A model generated the notes under the pieces. It had not been told where the DNA came from and searched no databases. It saw nothing but the letters and a program-made list of their open reading frames with translations. This document shows positions 49,197 through 59,294 of a stretch of 59,294 nucleotides of DNA, piece after piece (within the stretch, counting starts at the first letter, position 1; each line of letters begins with the position of its first letter). Made by a program: the position numbers and the translations under genes. Source of the stretch: Fibrobacterales bacterium (lineage in GTDB: Bacteria; Fibrobacterota; Fibrobacteria; Fibrobacterales; JAOPTW01); assembly GCA_051532055.1 (NCBI GenBank), contig JAOPTX010000031.1, positions 1 to 59,294 on the forward strand, in the 5' to 3' direction.

Positions 49197-52100
49197 CTAA
49201 AATAAATTTGTCCGACTGGACAATCTTTGCTCAATCTGATAATACTCTGGAAACAACTGAGATTCACCCTCTATCCAGTCACCATCAAATGTCTCCACTT
49301 GATTGTCGTTAATCAATTTTCGTGTTGTTTTACCCGTTATAGTACCGTTAGTGAAAACTCCTAATATACAATCCCCACCTAAGACTTTTTCGTAAGATGA
49401 TTTACTCCCGATCACTTCTTGAACTTTAGACTTAGTTAAAGTACCGCGAGTTTGGCACACCTGAAGTAACAAATGCTTGCCATCTTTATAATCCAAAACG
49501 ACAACATCAGTACCACCATCCCCTGTCTGCGGACTAAGATATGTCTTAAACCCTTTGTTCTCAAAGAGAGCAGCTGTAAAGGCTTCAAACTCATCAGGAG
49601 TAATGCGATCATATATCCGTTCTGCACTCCCCTTTTCAGTAGATTTTTTGCCCGCGGTAAACGTATTGTATAACTCATTAGCAGAGGCTGAAGCGGCAAC
49701 TGAAAAGAAATTCTTTAGCATTCGCCCTTTAATCCGTATCAACTGATCTAAATTTTCTTCTGGAGAACGCATATTAGCCGCTAACCCATCATCACTCTCA
49801 TAATACTCTTCATTTCCAGAGAACCGTACTTCACGAGCATCATCATGAAATGTAACGACTGGTATATACACAAATACTTCCTTCTTTTGTCCAATTCTAT
49901 AAGCGCGATCCGTAGATTGATTCTCTTTCGCCGGATTCCAAACACGGGTAAAATGTATGACATGATTAGCCTCGGTAATGGTAAGACCAAAACCTGCCAC
50001 TTCTGGTGATAAGATCAATACATCAAAGCCTATATTTTTAACCCTGTGGTTAATTTGTGGCACCCGTTGCTTTATGTTCACATCGCCACTGATAATTAAA
50101 GGGTTTATTCCGTATAATAAGTCGATAAAACGAGCGAGTCCTGACTGGATTACTTTTGAAGGGGAGAAAATGAGTACTTTTTCATCTTTTTCTCTTATGG
50201 CATCGAGGGTTTCTTTAAGCCATGCGAACTTATGTGACTGTTGCATGAACTCATCAAGCGATAGCTGAGTTAAATCTCCTGATGTCATTAATGGATGTGA
50301 CATTATTCCAATAAGCTTACTAATGTACCCTATCAAATCTTTCTTACTTATAGAGCTCTGAATCTCTTCGAATGCAGACTTCTGAGCTTCAGTTGCTGGT
50401 ATTTTGCTATACACAATAGTTTTAGCCGGTATTTTATCAGATAAGACCTCTTCCTTCGTTCTACGGATGTAAAAATTCTCCAACCGCTCAGCTATCTTGT
50501 CATGAACTCTAGTTTTGTCATTTACATAGGTTTTCCTGAAATGAATCAATGATCCAAGAAGCCCAGGAAGAACCCAGTCACATATGGACCATAATTCATC
50601 CATATTGTTCTCTATTGGTGTCGCAGTACAAGCTACCTTATATTTCGCCTTCAGGGCTTTAATTGCAATGGTGCGCTTTGATTGAGGATTCTTTATCCGT
50701 TGGGCTTCATCACATACCACCGCATCCCACTCTATCAAACCAAAACTCTCTTTAAATGTCTTCTCTGTCTTACATTGAGAGGTTATTGTTTCATATCCTG
50801 TTAAATATATTTGGTATGGTTCCTGGATCTTAGACAAGTCTTTTTTGCCCCTTAGAGCACATGTGGAAAACACCCCAGGGAAGAAACTTTCAAATTCACC
50901 TTTTCGCTCTTCTGAGTTTGAAGACCAGTTATCAATGAGTGTTGTAGGCATGACCAAAAGAACCTTTTTAAGTTCCTGCTTTTCTAAGAGCCAAGAAAGA
51001 AAACTCATGATTTGTAATGTCTTCCCCAACCCCATATCATCAGCCAAAAGGCCGCCAATAGTACCGTCTTCTGATCTATTATCCCTGAGACTCTGTAGCC
51101 ACTGTAATCCTTGTTTCTGATAGTCATATAAAGACCATTTCTGATTACTCACACTCTTTGGAATTTCAACCATGCTTTGTTCAGAGTTAACTTCAGGCTT
51201 CTCTTCGTGATCATTATCATAGAAGTTGGTTTTGATTAATACAAATTCGTTTTTTACCGAACCTTTACTCTCGTCCTTATCATGTTTTTTAAAGTCTAAA
51301 AGCTGAAAAGCCATATCTTTAGCTTCAGGTATGGATAACTTCGTCTCATTCCCTTCTATATCAGTAATAGTGACAGTATCTTGACCTAAACCACGAGCTT
51401 CATCAATCTTAGCTTCTACCTTATCAAAATCGATTTTTTCAAGGTCGATCTCAATGGACTTTTTATCATCACCCACTTCAAGTACAACACGTTTGCGTTC
51501 AATACCTTCGTTATCTATCTCATCAATCCAGACCAACTCATTTGATGAATGTGTCAATGAACTCCCTTCATAGACTCCCCACCCTATAATTCTCTGACTG
51601 AGATCGGCATCAGGAATAAACTTCTCTGTCTCTTCAATGAATTTACGAATATTTTCCAGCCCTTTAATTGAGCGGTTCTTATATATCGACTTTAATACAT
51701 CATGATTCTTCTCTTCAAAAACAAGAAACTCCCCAGAATCTAAGTTGTATACTGACTGGTCTTGATTGAAATTGATCTCGATCTGCTTGTTGAGTTCAAC
51801 GTTATACTTGGCTTGTACTCCGTTAAGTCTTGGTACTACCTTAATTTCATCATGCGATACAGGAATAGTATCAATACCCACTGAACCAACAATAACCGCT
51901 TGTACTTGGCTGATAGTGTTATCAGAGTTAACCGATTCACTAGTATTTATGGTATTCACCAATTTATACTGCTCTATTGTGTTAGCGTTCTTATCATCTG
52001 AATTATTAAAGTTCTTGACTGACTCGAGAACATCAGCTTGTTCTTTATGTAAAAGAAATTTTTGACCGTCTATTATTAAAATATTACCCTGACGTTCATA

Positions 52101-52421
52101 ATCTGCAATGGTTACTGGACTGCTTTTAATTTTATAGTTAAAAGTAATTTTCCCATCAGCAATTATTCCATTCTTCACAAGTTCAACAATACCCGGATAC
52201 AACACTACATCAAGTGTTAGTAGATGGGACTCAGGTATTTCAAAAATCGATTTTTCATCAATCTTTAATTGATTCCCTTCAAATGTTACCCCCTCAAAGT
52301 ATTTTAACTCAGAAGAATACTCTTCTAGATTCTTACCTATTGATGCAGTAAATACATATTCACTATCTTTGTGAATTACATCGAATTCTATTTCTCGTTC
52401 TCTTTTAAAAAAGGAGAGCAT
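49197..52421 (-). CDS. zorD: Zorya type I ZorD: SNF2 helicase/ATPase plus Mrr-like C-terminal domain
   Basis: LADDMGLGKT, DEAQRIKN, TATPIEN, WNPAKENQSTDRAYRIGQ. C-terminus PDEFEAF...GF...GDGGTDVV. Fourth gene of the zor operon. Confidence 0.9.
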   Translation of the reverse strand: MLSFFKREREIEFDVIHKDSEYVFTASIGKNLEEYSSELKYFEGVTFEGNQLKIDEKSIFEIPESHLLTLDVVLYPGIVELVKNGIIADGKITFNYKIKSSPVTIADYERQGNILIIDGQKFLLHKEQADVLESVKNFNNSDDKNANTIEQYKLVNTINTSESVNSDNTISQVQAVIVGSVGIDTIPVSHDEIKVVPRLNGVQAKYNVELNKQIEINFNQDQSVYNLDSGEFLVFEEKNHDVLKSIYKNRSIKGLENIRKFIEETEKFIPDADLSQRIIGWGVYEGSSLTHSSNELVWIDEIDNEGIERKRVVLEVGDDKKSIEIDLEKIDFDKVEAKIDEARGLGQDTVTITDIEGNETKLSIPEAKDMAFQLLDFKKHDKDESKGSVKNEFVLIKTNFYDNDHEEKPEVNSEQSMVEIPKSVSNQKWSLYDYQKQGLQWLQSLRDNRSEDGTIGGLLADDMGLGKTLQIMSFLSWLLEKQELKKVLLVMPTTLIDNWSSNSEERKGEFESFFPGVFSTCALRGKKDLSKIQEPYQIYLTGYETITSQCKTEKTFKESFGLIEWDAVVCDEAQRIKNPQSKRTIAIKALKAKYKVACTATPIENNMDELWSICDWVLPGLLGSLIHFRKTYVNDKTRVHDKIAERLENFYIRRTKEEVLSDKIPAKTIVYSKIPATEAQKSAFEEIQSSISKKDLIGYISKLIGIMSHPLMTSGDLTQLSLDEFMQQSHKFAWLKETLDAIREKDEKVLIFSPSKVIQSGLARFIDLLYGINPLIISGDVNIKQRVPQINHRVKNIGFDVLILSPEVAGFGLTITEANHVIHFTRVWNPAKENQSTDRAYRIGQKKEVFVYIPVVTFHDDAREVRFSGNEEYYESDDGLAANMRSPEENLDQLIRIKGRMLKNFFSVAASASANELYNTFTAGKKSTEKGSAERIYDRITPDEFEAFTAALFENKGFKTYLSPQTGDGGTDVVVLDYKDGKHLLLQVCQTRGTLTKSKVQEVIGSKSSYEKVLGGDCILGVFTNGTITGKTTRKLINDNQVETFDGDWIEGESQLFPEYYQIEQRLSSRTNLF

Positions 52422-52427
52422 TAATAC

Positions 52428-53657
52428 CTACTTGTAGTCTAAATTCCGCATCGTATTTTCAAATTCAATTTCCCACCCTCTATCATGACGCCAGCGATAG
52501 TTAGATGCTGAATACTTAATTTTCTGTGGGTTAAAGCTTGTATTTGATTTTAAGTAACCTACTTTCGCAGTTTTTGACAAAGCTGCTAGTCCATCAATGA
52601 AATTATAATAATCGTCAACAGAACCCTCATAACAGAATGTTGCACCACCTTCAAGAAACTCAATAAAAAAATGACGATTCAAATAAAACACAGCAGCATT
52701 ATCCGCTTCTGTCTCTATATGAAATATTTTAATATATCTAATGTATTTCTTCCAAAATTTCAATCTCCCACTTGGGTCTTGCCTACCAAAAAATCGCTCA
52801 AGTTCTTCCTGCATCACAAAAGTGTTAAATTTATCTTTAATATCTTTGGGAATTTTCTCCCATTTCGTAAAGTTCCTTCTTTCATATGGAAAACCGAGTT
52901 CATCTTTAATCCAATCTATTATTGGCTGGTAGAGTGATATCGTATGATTACTAGGTATAGCTTTTATTAGAGTGGTGAATAGGTCTCGCAACTCATGCGC
53001 ATTGAAGTCCTCCGTATATCCTTTAAAGCGATTAAAATCATTTGCAAAGCGAGGTGTTAATGCAATTCGTATGCAATACTTTATTAAACACTTTTTAAAG
53101 AAAAAGCTTTCTGGTACCAACCAACATTCATTTACCAAATACATCCTTGGGTCTGTATTTCCAATAGTATTAACCATTAATTCCGACACATGATCTGCAA
53201 ATTTTTGGTCTAAAAAATACTTACCTACAGTATTCACATATTGCCTAATAAAACTACTATTGATCTTAGTAGAGTATTCCTTTAGCAGATATCGCGCAGT
53301 TGAATTTCTAGTGATATAAGAACTCACCAAATTAAACTTTTCAGGTGTTACGAGATAACTCTCAAAAAGATTTTTATACACTTTATTTGTATTCTTACCT
53401 TCTTCATCGAAGTAAACCTTCATTGCATGAAGAAGTTCTTTTTTATCATCCTTTAACAAAGGATCATTAACAAGACGAGCAACATATGGCATAATAAAAT
53501 GATTTGTATGTAATACAGAATAATCCACAGCTTTAATATGTTGAGCTCCAACTAGCACAGGATTAACTTCTTCAGATGCCTCAGAAGAAATTTCAGCCAC
53601 AACTTTTCTCAATTTCTTAGGGCCGAGAAACTTAAAATTAGGGAGTGGATACGCCAT
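52428..53657 (-). CDS. zorC: Zorya ZorC (EH-signature domain)
   Basis: RLKFWKKY...FIEF...GATFCY...WRHDRGWE, located between zorB and zorD. Confidence 0.85.
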   Translation of the reverse strand: MAYPLPNFKFLGPKKLRKVVAEISSEASEEVNPVLVGAQHIKAVDYSVLHTNHFIMPYVARLVNDPLLKDDKKELLHAMKVYFDEEGKNTNKVYKNLFESYLVTPEKFNLVSSYITRNSTARYLLKEYSTKINSSFIRQYVNTVGKYFLDQKFADHVSELMVNTIGNTDPRMYLVNECWLVPESFFFKKCLIKYCIRIALTPRFANDFNRFKGYTEDFNAHELRDLFTTLIKAIPSNHTISLYQPIIDWIKDELGFPYERRNFTKWEKIPKDIKDKFNTFVMQEELERFFGRQDPSGRLKFWKKYIRYIKIFHIETEADNAAVFYLNRHFFIEFLEGGATFCYEGSVDDYYNFIDGLAALSKTAKVGYLKSNTSFNPQKIKYSASNYRWRHDRGWEIEFENTMRNLDYK

Positions 53658-53659
53658 AA

Positions 53660-54448
53660 CTACTTACCAGCCTCAACCTTTAAAGAGTCCTGTAAGGACA
53701 GTACATTATGCATACTTTTGAAAAGCTTATAATTGTTAATTTTAAAACGTACTTCAACTCGACGACTTGCTACAGGGTCAACTTCCCCTGTACTATCGTT
53801 TACAAGAAGGTGAGTATATGACTTACCATTAGCAGCTAATCTCTTTTGCAAAATCAATCTATGATTACTATCTGAGAACAATAAATCTTTTTGAATAAAT
53901 GTACTCACGCTAAAGGCACGTTTTTGACTGAGTTCAAGGTTATATAGATAACTGTCTAATTCTGTTTTTGCTCCTTTCTTACCCATTTTATCTGTATGTC
54001 CCTCTACAATAACTTCATAATCAATTTTTTCATGGACATCATTATCAATAAAAATCGAATCATTCTCTAATGTTGATATGAGAATATTGAAATAACCTGG
54101 GAGTATCTCTGTGAGTTCTTCTTTAGCGATAGACTGTAAAACTGAACTCCCCTCTTTAAACCACCCCTCAGCCTTACCCTTATCAGATATTTTAAATCGT
54201 AGTGTGCCATCCTCTTGGACTTCTACTTGATGCTTGTCATGGAACTTGTCTTTGATTTTATCAACTACCGTTTCTCTTTTCTGATACAGTTCATTAAAAA
54301 CCCTCTTCACTTTTGCTTCTGTATTTAACTTAATTACAAATAACAATATGAATACAATAAGTACTCCAGCCATCAGATCTGATATAGATAACCAATAACC
54401 AGAATCTTCATTTTGCTTTTTTTCTCGTTTTACCGGCTTATGAAACAT
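53660..54448 (-). CDS. zorB: Zorya ZorB (MotB/OmpA-like)
   Basis: YWLSISDLMAG TM segment with the conserved Asp, plus VEGHTD, NLELSQKRA and SRRVEVR. Confidence 0.93.
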   Translation of the reverse strand: MFHKPVKREKKQNEDSGYWLSISDLMAGVLIVFILLFVIKLNTEAKVKRVFNELYQKRETVVDKIKDKFHDKHQVEVQEDGTLRFKISDKGKAEGWFKEGSSVLQSIAKEELTEILPGYFNILISTLENDSIFIDNDVHEKIDYEVIVEGHTDKMGKKGAKTELDSYLYNLELSQKRAFSVSTFIQKDLLFSDSNHRLILQKRLAANGKSYTHLLVNDSTGEVDPVASRRVEVRFKINNYKLFKSMHNVLSLQDSLKVEAGK

Positions 54449-54455
54449 ATACTAC

Positions 54456-56330
54456 CTAAGCCTTTACTGAACTAATTACATCTGATAAATTATCCATTTC
54501 AGAGGTCAACCCCTTAACCGAACGATTAATACCACTCAATCCATTAGACAAGGCTTCATCATATTCTTGAAATAAGCGTGTTGAGTTTTCACTTATGGCA
54601 GTAGTATAATCAGAAATACCTTTTTCAATACCATCTTGAATATCTTGATATGTATCTCTATAGGACTCCCACAATTCATTGGTACTCTCAGAAGTGTCAT
54701 GAATTGAATTCATCAATTCATCTGCTTTAGAGGTGAACATCTGTATCTTATTATTGTATTCATCAAAGTTTTTAACGAGTGTATTAGTCTGAGTAAAATA
54801 ATCTTTCACATTAGCGAGATCATTAACGGCAGATGAGATTTTATCAGTACTTAAATGAACTGAATTTAATGAATCATCCATATCACCGAGTACATCCTTA
54901 ATGGATTCAGTATAGCTCTTATTCTCTTGTGCTAATGCTGATGTAGCCTTATTAACCTCAAGCATTACATTTAAGGATTCTTTTAAATTATCCATCATAG
55001 ATTCTGTCTTTGATATAGTAACAGCTACTTGTTCAGTATACCCGCTAAGGCGTTCAACTGTATTCTTAGCTGCTGCAAAACTTTCAGTAACAGTTTTCGC
55101 ATCATCAAGTATTTCTTTTTGAACCTTTGTGGTCTCTTTCAATTGCTTCATGGCAGTATTAACACCCACTACCACAGCACCAATTTCTTCACTTGTTTCT
55201 TTTGCACTTTCTAAAGATTTACTTTGCTCAGTACCGATATTTTCAAGCTTTGACAAAACTCTGGTGAAATTATCTTGAGTTGTATCAAGTGTATCTGCTA
55301 TGCCTGTAACAGTCTTAACTACATTATCCATTTCGTCTTTAGCAGCACCACTTATTGAATTTCTAAAGTCGGTCACCATCTCTTTCAAACTTTCAGTAAT
55401 ACTTTCTGATTTCTGCTCCGAGAATTTCTCCATGACTGCAGACATTTTGTCTATAGAGGGCCTTAATGACTCTTCAATTGTAGAACTTACTGACTGTCCC
55501 ACAGCATTTGCAATTTTTGTTGCAAAACTATCGAGAGCTTTAGTTTGTGTTTCCAATTCAGATTTAATCTCAAAAAGTCCTTCACCCTCTGCACTTATAT
55601 GTCGCGGGAATATTTCTTCTAAACATTCTGTAAAACCATAAATCTTTTTCTCAATATCATTTTTCAAATATGTTAAGAACAAGTTTAATGCTATCGAAAA
55701 ACCTATCCCTAAAACACTCGTCATAAAAGACGCACTAACTCCGTGCAATAATGCTTCGGAAGCTTTAGTAACAGCTGAAGTGATCGAAAAATTGATACCT
55801 TCAAACCCCTCCAAACCTGCTACTAATCCCAAAAATGTACCTAATATACCAATGCCAGTTAAAATATTTGGCATTGAGAAACTAAAATTATTGAAGCGGT
55901 GATAAAATAGTGTATCTACATTGAAAAAATATGACACATCTACTGTATTATAATATCTAGTTTCATCATTTACCCTAATCTTACGCAAAGTTTCATCAAG
56001 CTCACGCCATTGATCACGGAAATAATCATCCTTAATAAATTTACTTTTTAGTGAGCCATATTTTATGTTAATATTTTCAATAGTTATGCCTTCTAAATTA
56101 TTCTTAGCATTAACCATCTCCTTTTTGGCTTTTCTATAAGGGAACAAAACCAGGATAATTGACAAAGTAAACAATACAACAACTAGTAAAGCCACTGATA
56201 CATTTATCATATCTCTATCTAAAAAGTTGATAAACCATTTGAAAAAATCAGCATTAAATCCAATCACCACACACCCAACGACGGCGAGAAAAACTGTAAT
56301 TCCAATATTTTGCATTATATTCTTATTCAT
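54456..56330 (-). CDS. zorA: Zorya ZorA (MotA-like TMs plus long helical tail)
   Basis: PNILTGIGILGTFLGL and SFMTSVLGI TM motifs, followed by a tail of about 400 aa with heptad character. Confidence 0.93.
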   Translation of the reverse strand: MNKNIMQNIGITVFLAVVGCVVIGFNADFFKWFINFLDRDMINVSVALLVVVLFTLSIILVLFPYRKAKKEMVNAKNNLEGITIENINIKYGSLKSKFIKDDYFRDQWRELDETLRKIRVNDETRYYNTVDVSYFFNVDTLFYHRFNNFSFSMPNILTGIGILGTFLGLVAGLEGFEGINFSITSAVTKASEALLHGVSASFMTSVLGIGFSIALNLFLTYLKNDIEKKIYGFTECLEEIFPRHISAEGEGLFEIKSELETQTKALDSFATKIANAVGQSVSSTIEESLRPSIDKMSAVMEKFSEQKSESITESLKEMVTDFRNSISGAAKDEMDNVVKTVTGIADTLDTTQDNFTRVLSKLENIGTEQSKSLESAKETSEEIGAVVVGVNTAMKQLKETTKVQKEILDDAKTVTESFAAAKNTVERLSGYTEQVAVTISKTESMMDNLKESLNVMLEVNKATSALAQENKSYTESIKDVLGDMDDSLNSVHLSTDKISSAVNDLANVKDYFTQTNTLVKNFDEYNNKIQMFTSKADELMNSIHDTSESTNELWESYRDTYQDIQDGIEKGISDYTTAISENSTRLFQEYDEALSNGLSGINRSVKGLTSEMDNLSDVISSVKA

Positions 56331-56407
56331 TTATCATTCCTCTATTTAAAAAACACCTCAGCCCCATGCCACCGCAAAAACTACACACCCTGCACAAGAA
56401 CATCCAC

Positions 56408-57172
56408 TTACTCAATCCCAACCCAAACAGACCCAACACTCACCCCATCCACAATCACCTGCCTTTGAGACCAACGAGTACGAACGCCATCAATCACAAG
56501 TACCTGAGAAGTATTCTGCAATAACGGCTCCCGCAACTCCTCAGCCCCCTGAAGCATATTACGCCCCACAAAACCTGTGTGAGTATGTACTACCGCCATC
56601 CCATTTTTATCAAGAATCATAACATCAGAGACGATACTGTCAGACTTCAGTATGTCAAACACTTCATAGATAAGTAACTGAGCAGTAAGATCCTCATCAA
56701 CTAAATAGAGGTCGCCATATATTTCTGCTATTTTGAGATACCCTATACTAGGGTACATTCGACCCCAACTGCTGGGTGCCGTTTTGAACGCAAATGCATA
56801 CCGCACACTCCCCACAACAACCCCATTAAATGAGATATCCTTCTCTACAACCGCTTCCCCACGATACTCCTTACACTCCCCTTGCTCGGCAGAGACAACG
56901 TAGTCTTCTCCCGTATTATGGTCTGTTACTGAAATACATCCCGCAACTTGGCTCTCTACAAACAAATCCAATACCTTGCGGTACAACGTATCTTCTACTA
57001 CGACACTCTTAGCCTGGGCCTCAATTACCTGAGATACGGTGTTTAAAAACGACTCTGGTAACGGAATAGAGTGAACAGTATCGTCCGTACTCTTCCATTC
57101 TATGAACCCAATACCCAATGCGATAATAAGTACCATTACGCCAAATAGTGTATTCATACTCAATAATTTCAT
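56408..57172 (-). CDS. Membrane-anchored periplasmic protein (Cache/PAS-like repeats, tentative)
   Basis: N-terminal TM and RBS AGGAGG. Two segments end in 'I.fnGVVVGSV' and 'VIVDGVSVGSVWVG'. Confidence 0.6.
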   Translation of the reverse strand: MKLLSMNTLFGVMVLIIALGIGFIEWKSTDDTVHSIPLPESFLNTVSQVIEAQAKSVVVEDTLYRKVLDLFVESQVAGCISVTDHNTGEDYVVSAEQGECKEYRGEAVVEKDISFNGVVVGSVRYAFAFKTAPSSWGRMYPSIGYLKIAEIYGDLYLVDEDLTAQLLIYEVFDILKSDSIVSDVMILDKNGMAVVHTHTGFVGRNMLQGAEELREPLLQNTSQVLVIDGVRTRWSQRQVIVDGVSVGSVWVGIE

Positions 57173-57485
57173 CGTATCCTCCTAACCTGATGCTCTAAAG
57201 ATAACACCCTATGCATGACACTTTCTTGTACTGACCATGAGAGCACTATCCTCTCTCACACATACTCCATAGAAAACCACCCTATAGAGCAACTAAACCA
57301 CAGGGCCTCATTCACTATGACAACATAGTAATACTCTAATACTCATCAAATAGGTAAAGCACAATAGACTTGTGTAAAGCACAGAACCACTGAATTCAGG
57401 TATAGAGGAATGGGGTGGCATTACCCCAATTCCGCGCAACACAACACTCTTCCCCCTTAACGAACAGCTCAGGCTCATCACGCTA

Positions 57486-57839
57486 CTACAACGCATGTTC
57501 AGTCTCTACCTGTATACCCGAAAGCGTAAAGTCACCCGTGATGATAGCGTCAAAGAGATCCTTATGCTGGTTCCCCTGATACTCATTACTGGCGATAACC
57601 AGTATCTCCAAAAACTTCTCAAGAGGATACGATACGAGATTATGATTCTCACTGCTACTGAGAAGCCATGCAATAAAATTACTATGCACCAGCTCCTTCC
57701 GACTCACCCCGATTATCTCACTATACGACTTGGTGTTATAGTATTTATCTAACCTATGAGAGACGTCATCATTCTTGAACGTAAGTATCAGATTCCGAAT
57801 CTGATCGATGGTGATCTCTTTATAGTCTTCCTGTGTCAT
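57486..57839 (-). pseudogene. N-terminal fragment of a PDDEXK_4-like nuclease
   Basis: EIIGVSRKELVHSNFIAWLL...HNL...LEKFL...VETE, which stops before the D...ExK catalytic motif. Confidence 0.6.
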
Positions 57840-58481
57840 GTATGCGTCACACCCTTCCCTTGAGTACGGAGGCACCCTGAGCGAACCACCATGGAACGGT
57901 TCAGAGTAAAAACCACATTACAAACTAGTAATACACTAATCCCCCTAGAGAGTATGCCTCAATAAACAGCGAAAACAAGCACATTAAGCCGATGTTAGGC
58001 TACGATTGAGCCCTAAAACAGACATTTAGGCTACGATACAATATGGTCCCCATAGCACCGGCGAAACCATACCAAAAATTCTAACACGAATTATAATTGC
58101 TGAGGCACTTGAGATATCGGTGAGAGAATTAAGTATTGAGAAAAAAGCTCTTCCCTCATGCTTGCCACCAAAACGAGAGAGAATTGATTCAGCAAGGATG
58201 TTTTCTAAATAAACGGACTACTAGAAAGCTCATGAGTAAGGAAGAGTTTGAGACAAAGATAACTACCCCTATTCAAATTTCCACCCCGATATTGAGCAAT
58301 TATTGAATTTTTAAGTAATTTTCGTATAACACTGAGTACTTGCACTACCGACAGACACGTCTTTTACAACGACACACACTACGGTGTAGTCTGGTGAAGA
58401 TGACTGAAATTGCGGTAGTACCTACCCCATTATTTGTGAAGGTTGGTGTTGGGAACAGGTGAAAATATACTTAAGGCGCAC

Positions 58482-59186
58482 CTAATTTTTTAGGCATCTC
58501 ACGCCATAGTGCACAACTCCTTCTACACTAAATGAAGTTCTATTTCCAAAGTATCCATCAGGTTCATCTGTGAGACCAAAGGTATCATCAAGTCCTGCTG
58601 TGATAATTTGACCATTATCCATAGGTGTGCTACTCCAATAATGTGCATAGTATTCAAAATCTGTATGTTCATTGTAGGGAGATGCAATAGTCTCTGATAG
58701 GAAACCATTAGGAGTCGCTCCAAATAGAACGCTATCATCCCCTACCATTTCTTCTTTCCAACCTTCTACACTTTTTAATGTATGGGCCACGACATACCAA
58801 TCACCACCAAGATATTCCTTTAAGGTTTGCCATTCCTGGGCCGATGGAATATGCCACCCTTCAAGGCAAACATAATCTTCACCTTTGTCTAGGCCAGTAG
58901 TTTCAAGACTGTAAAGAACCCCTATGACCTCTAAGGAATCCACCGTCTCTTTAATTGTCACAGCCGGATATTCATCGGTACTATACCGGAGATCTTCCGC
59001 AAGCCATGTTTGGGTTCCGATAACCACCCAGTTATACTCCTGCCCATCACGATAATCTATCACAACTCCTGTAGAGTCGCTAGTTGAGGTATACGTGTTA
59101 GGGTCTGTAGCTACGTTGTTATCGCAATTGATAAACGTAATACTTGAGATTAGGCATATGGTTAGTATGATATAGAAAGGTTTCAT
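58482..59186 (-). CDS. FISUMP domain lipoprotein
   Basis: DYRDGQEY...IGTQTWLAEDLRY...CLEGWHIPS..EW..L...YWSST...GVRCLKN. Confidence 0.9.
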   Translation of the reverse strand: MKPFYIILTICLISSITFINCDNNVATDPNTYTSTSDSTGVVIDYRDGQEYNWVVIGTQTWLAEDLRYSTDEYPAVTIKETVDSLEVIGVLYSLETTGLDKGEDYVCLEGWHIPSAQEWQTLKEYLGGDWYVVAHTLKSVEGWKEEMVGDDSVLFGATPNGFLSETIASPYNEHTDFEYYAHYWSSTPMDNGQIITAGLDDTFGLTDEPDGYFGNRTSFSVEGVVHYGVRCLKN

Positions 59187-59294
59187 AGTGTGCCTTTAGG
59201 GGTGTAAAACAGTATTTGTGGCGGAAAAATCGGGCTGGGTGATTTTGGGTTAATGGCATTGAGGGAGTGGGAAGTCCCGTAAAACAATTTGAGG

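Noticed and set aside
57990..58170. Direct repeat ttaggctacgat (twice) and a possible XRE-HTH scrap (GETIPKILTRIIIAEALEISVREL)
   Set aside because: Too short to support a call, with no start codon or complete domain.

Overview
AT-rich bacterial window, probably Fibrobacterota (inferred from two FISUMP/Fib_succ_major lipoproteins, Ser-rich lipoprotein linkers and a T9SS-like C-terminus). It has three zones. (1) 1-19.6 kb holds large secreted or surface proteins: an S8 subtilase with FG-GAP, Ig-like and two discoidin domains (runs off the left edge), a 1954-aa FG-GAP adhesin with five 276-bp repeats, an RCC1-repeat lipoprotein and a PKD/beta-propeller lipoprotein. (2) 19.6-35.5 kb is a mosaic in which intact lipoprotein or secreted genes alternate with decayed defence-gene fragments (three copies of one hsdR 3' end, KilA-N, ORF6N C-terminus, SF2 helicase, two pieces of a DUF2779 nuclease), plus TG-terminated repeat elements. 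(3) 35.5-57.9 kb is a minus-strand defence island. It carries type I Zorya (zorABCD) followed directly by a NucS-like/RAMA nuclease and an McrA-like HNH, then an McrC remnant and a frameshifted HEPN-like plus TM pair. Next comes a type I RM (hsdRMS) translationally coupled to an OLD-like ABC-ATPase/TOPRIM gene and a small zinc-clasped putative RNase, and finally DUF6602 and DUF2971-like genes. The best novel-system candidates are the RM-coupled OLD plus RNase module and the extended Zorya operon, whose ZorD nuclease appears to lack its catalytic lysine. All family calls come from reading motifs by eye, not from database searches.
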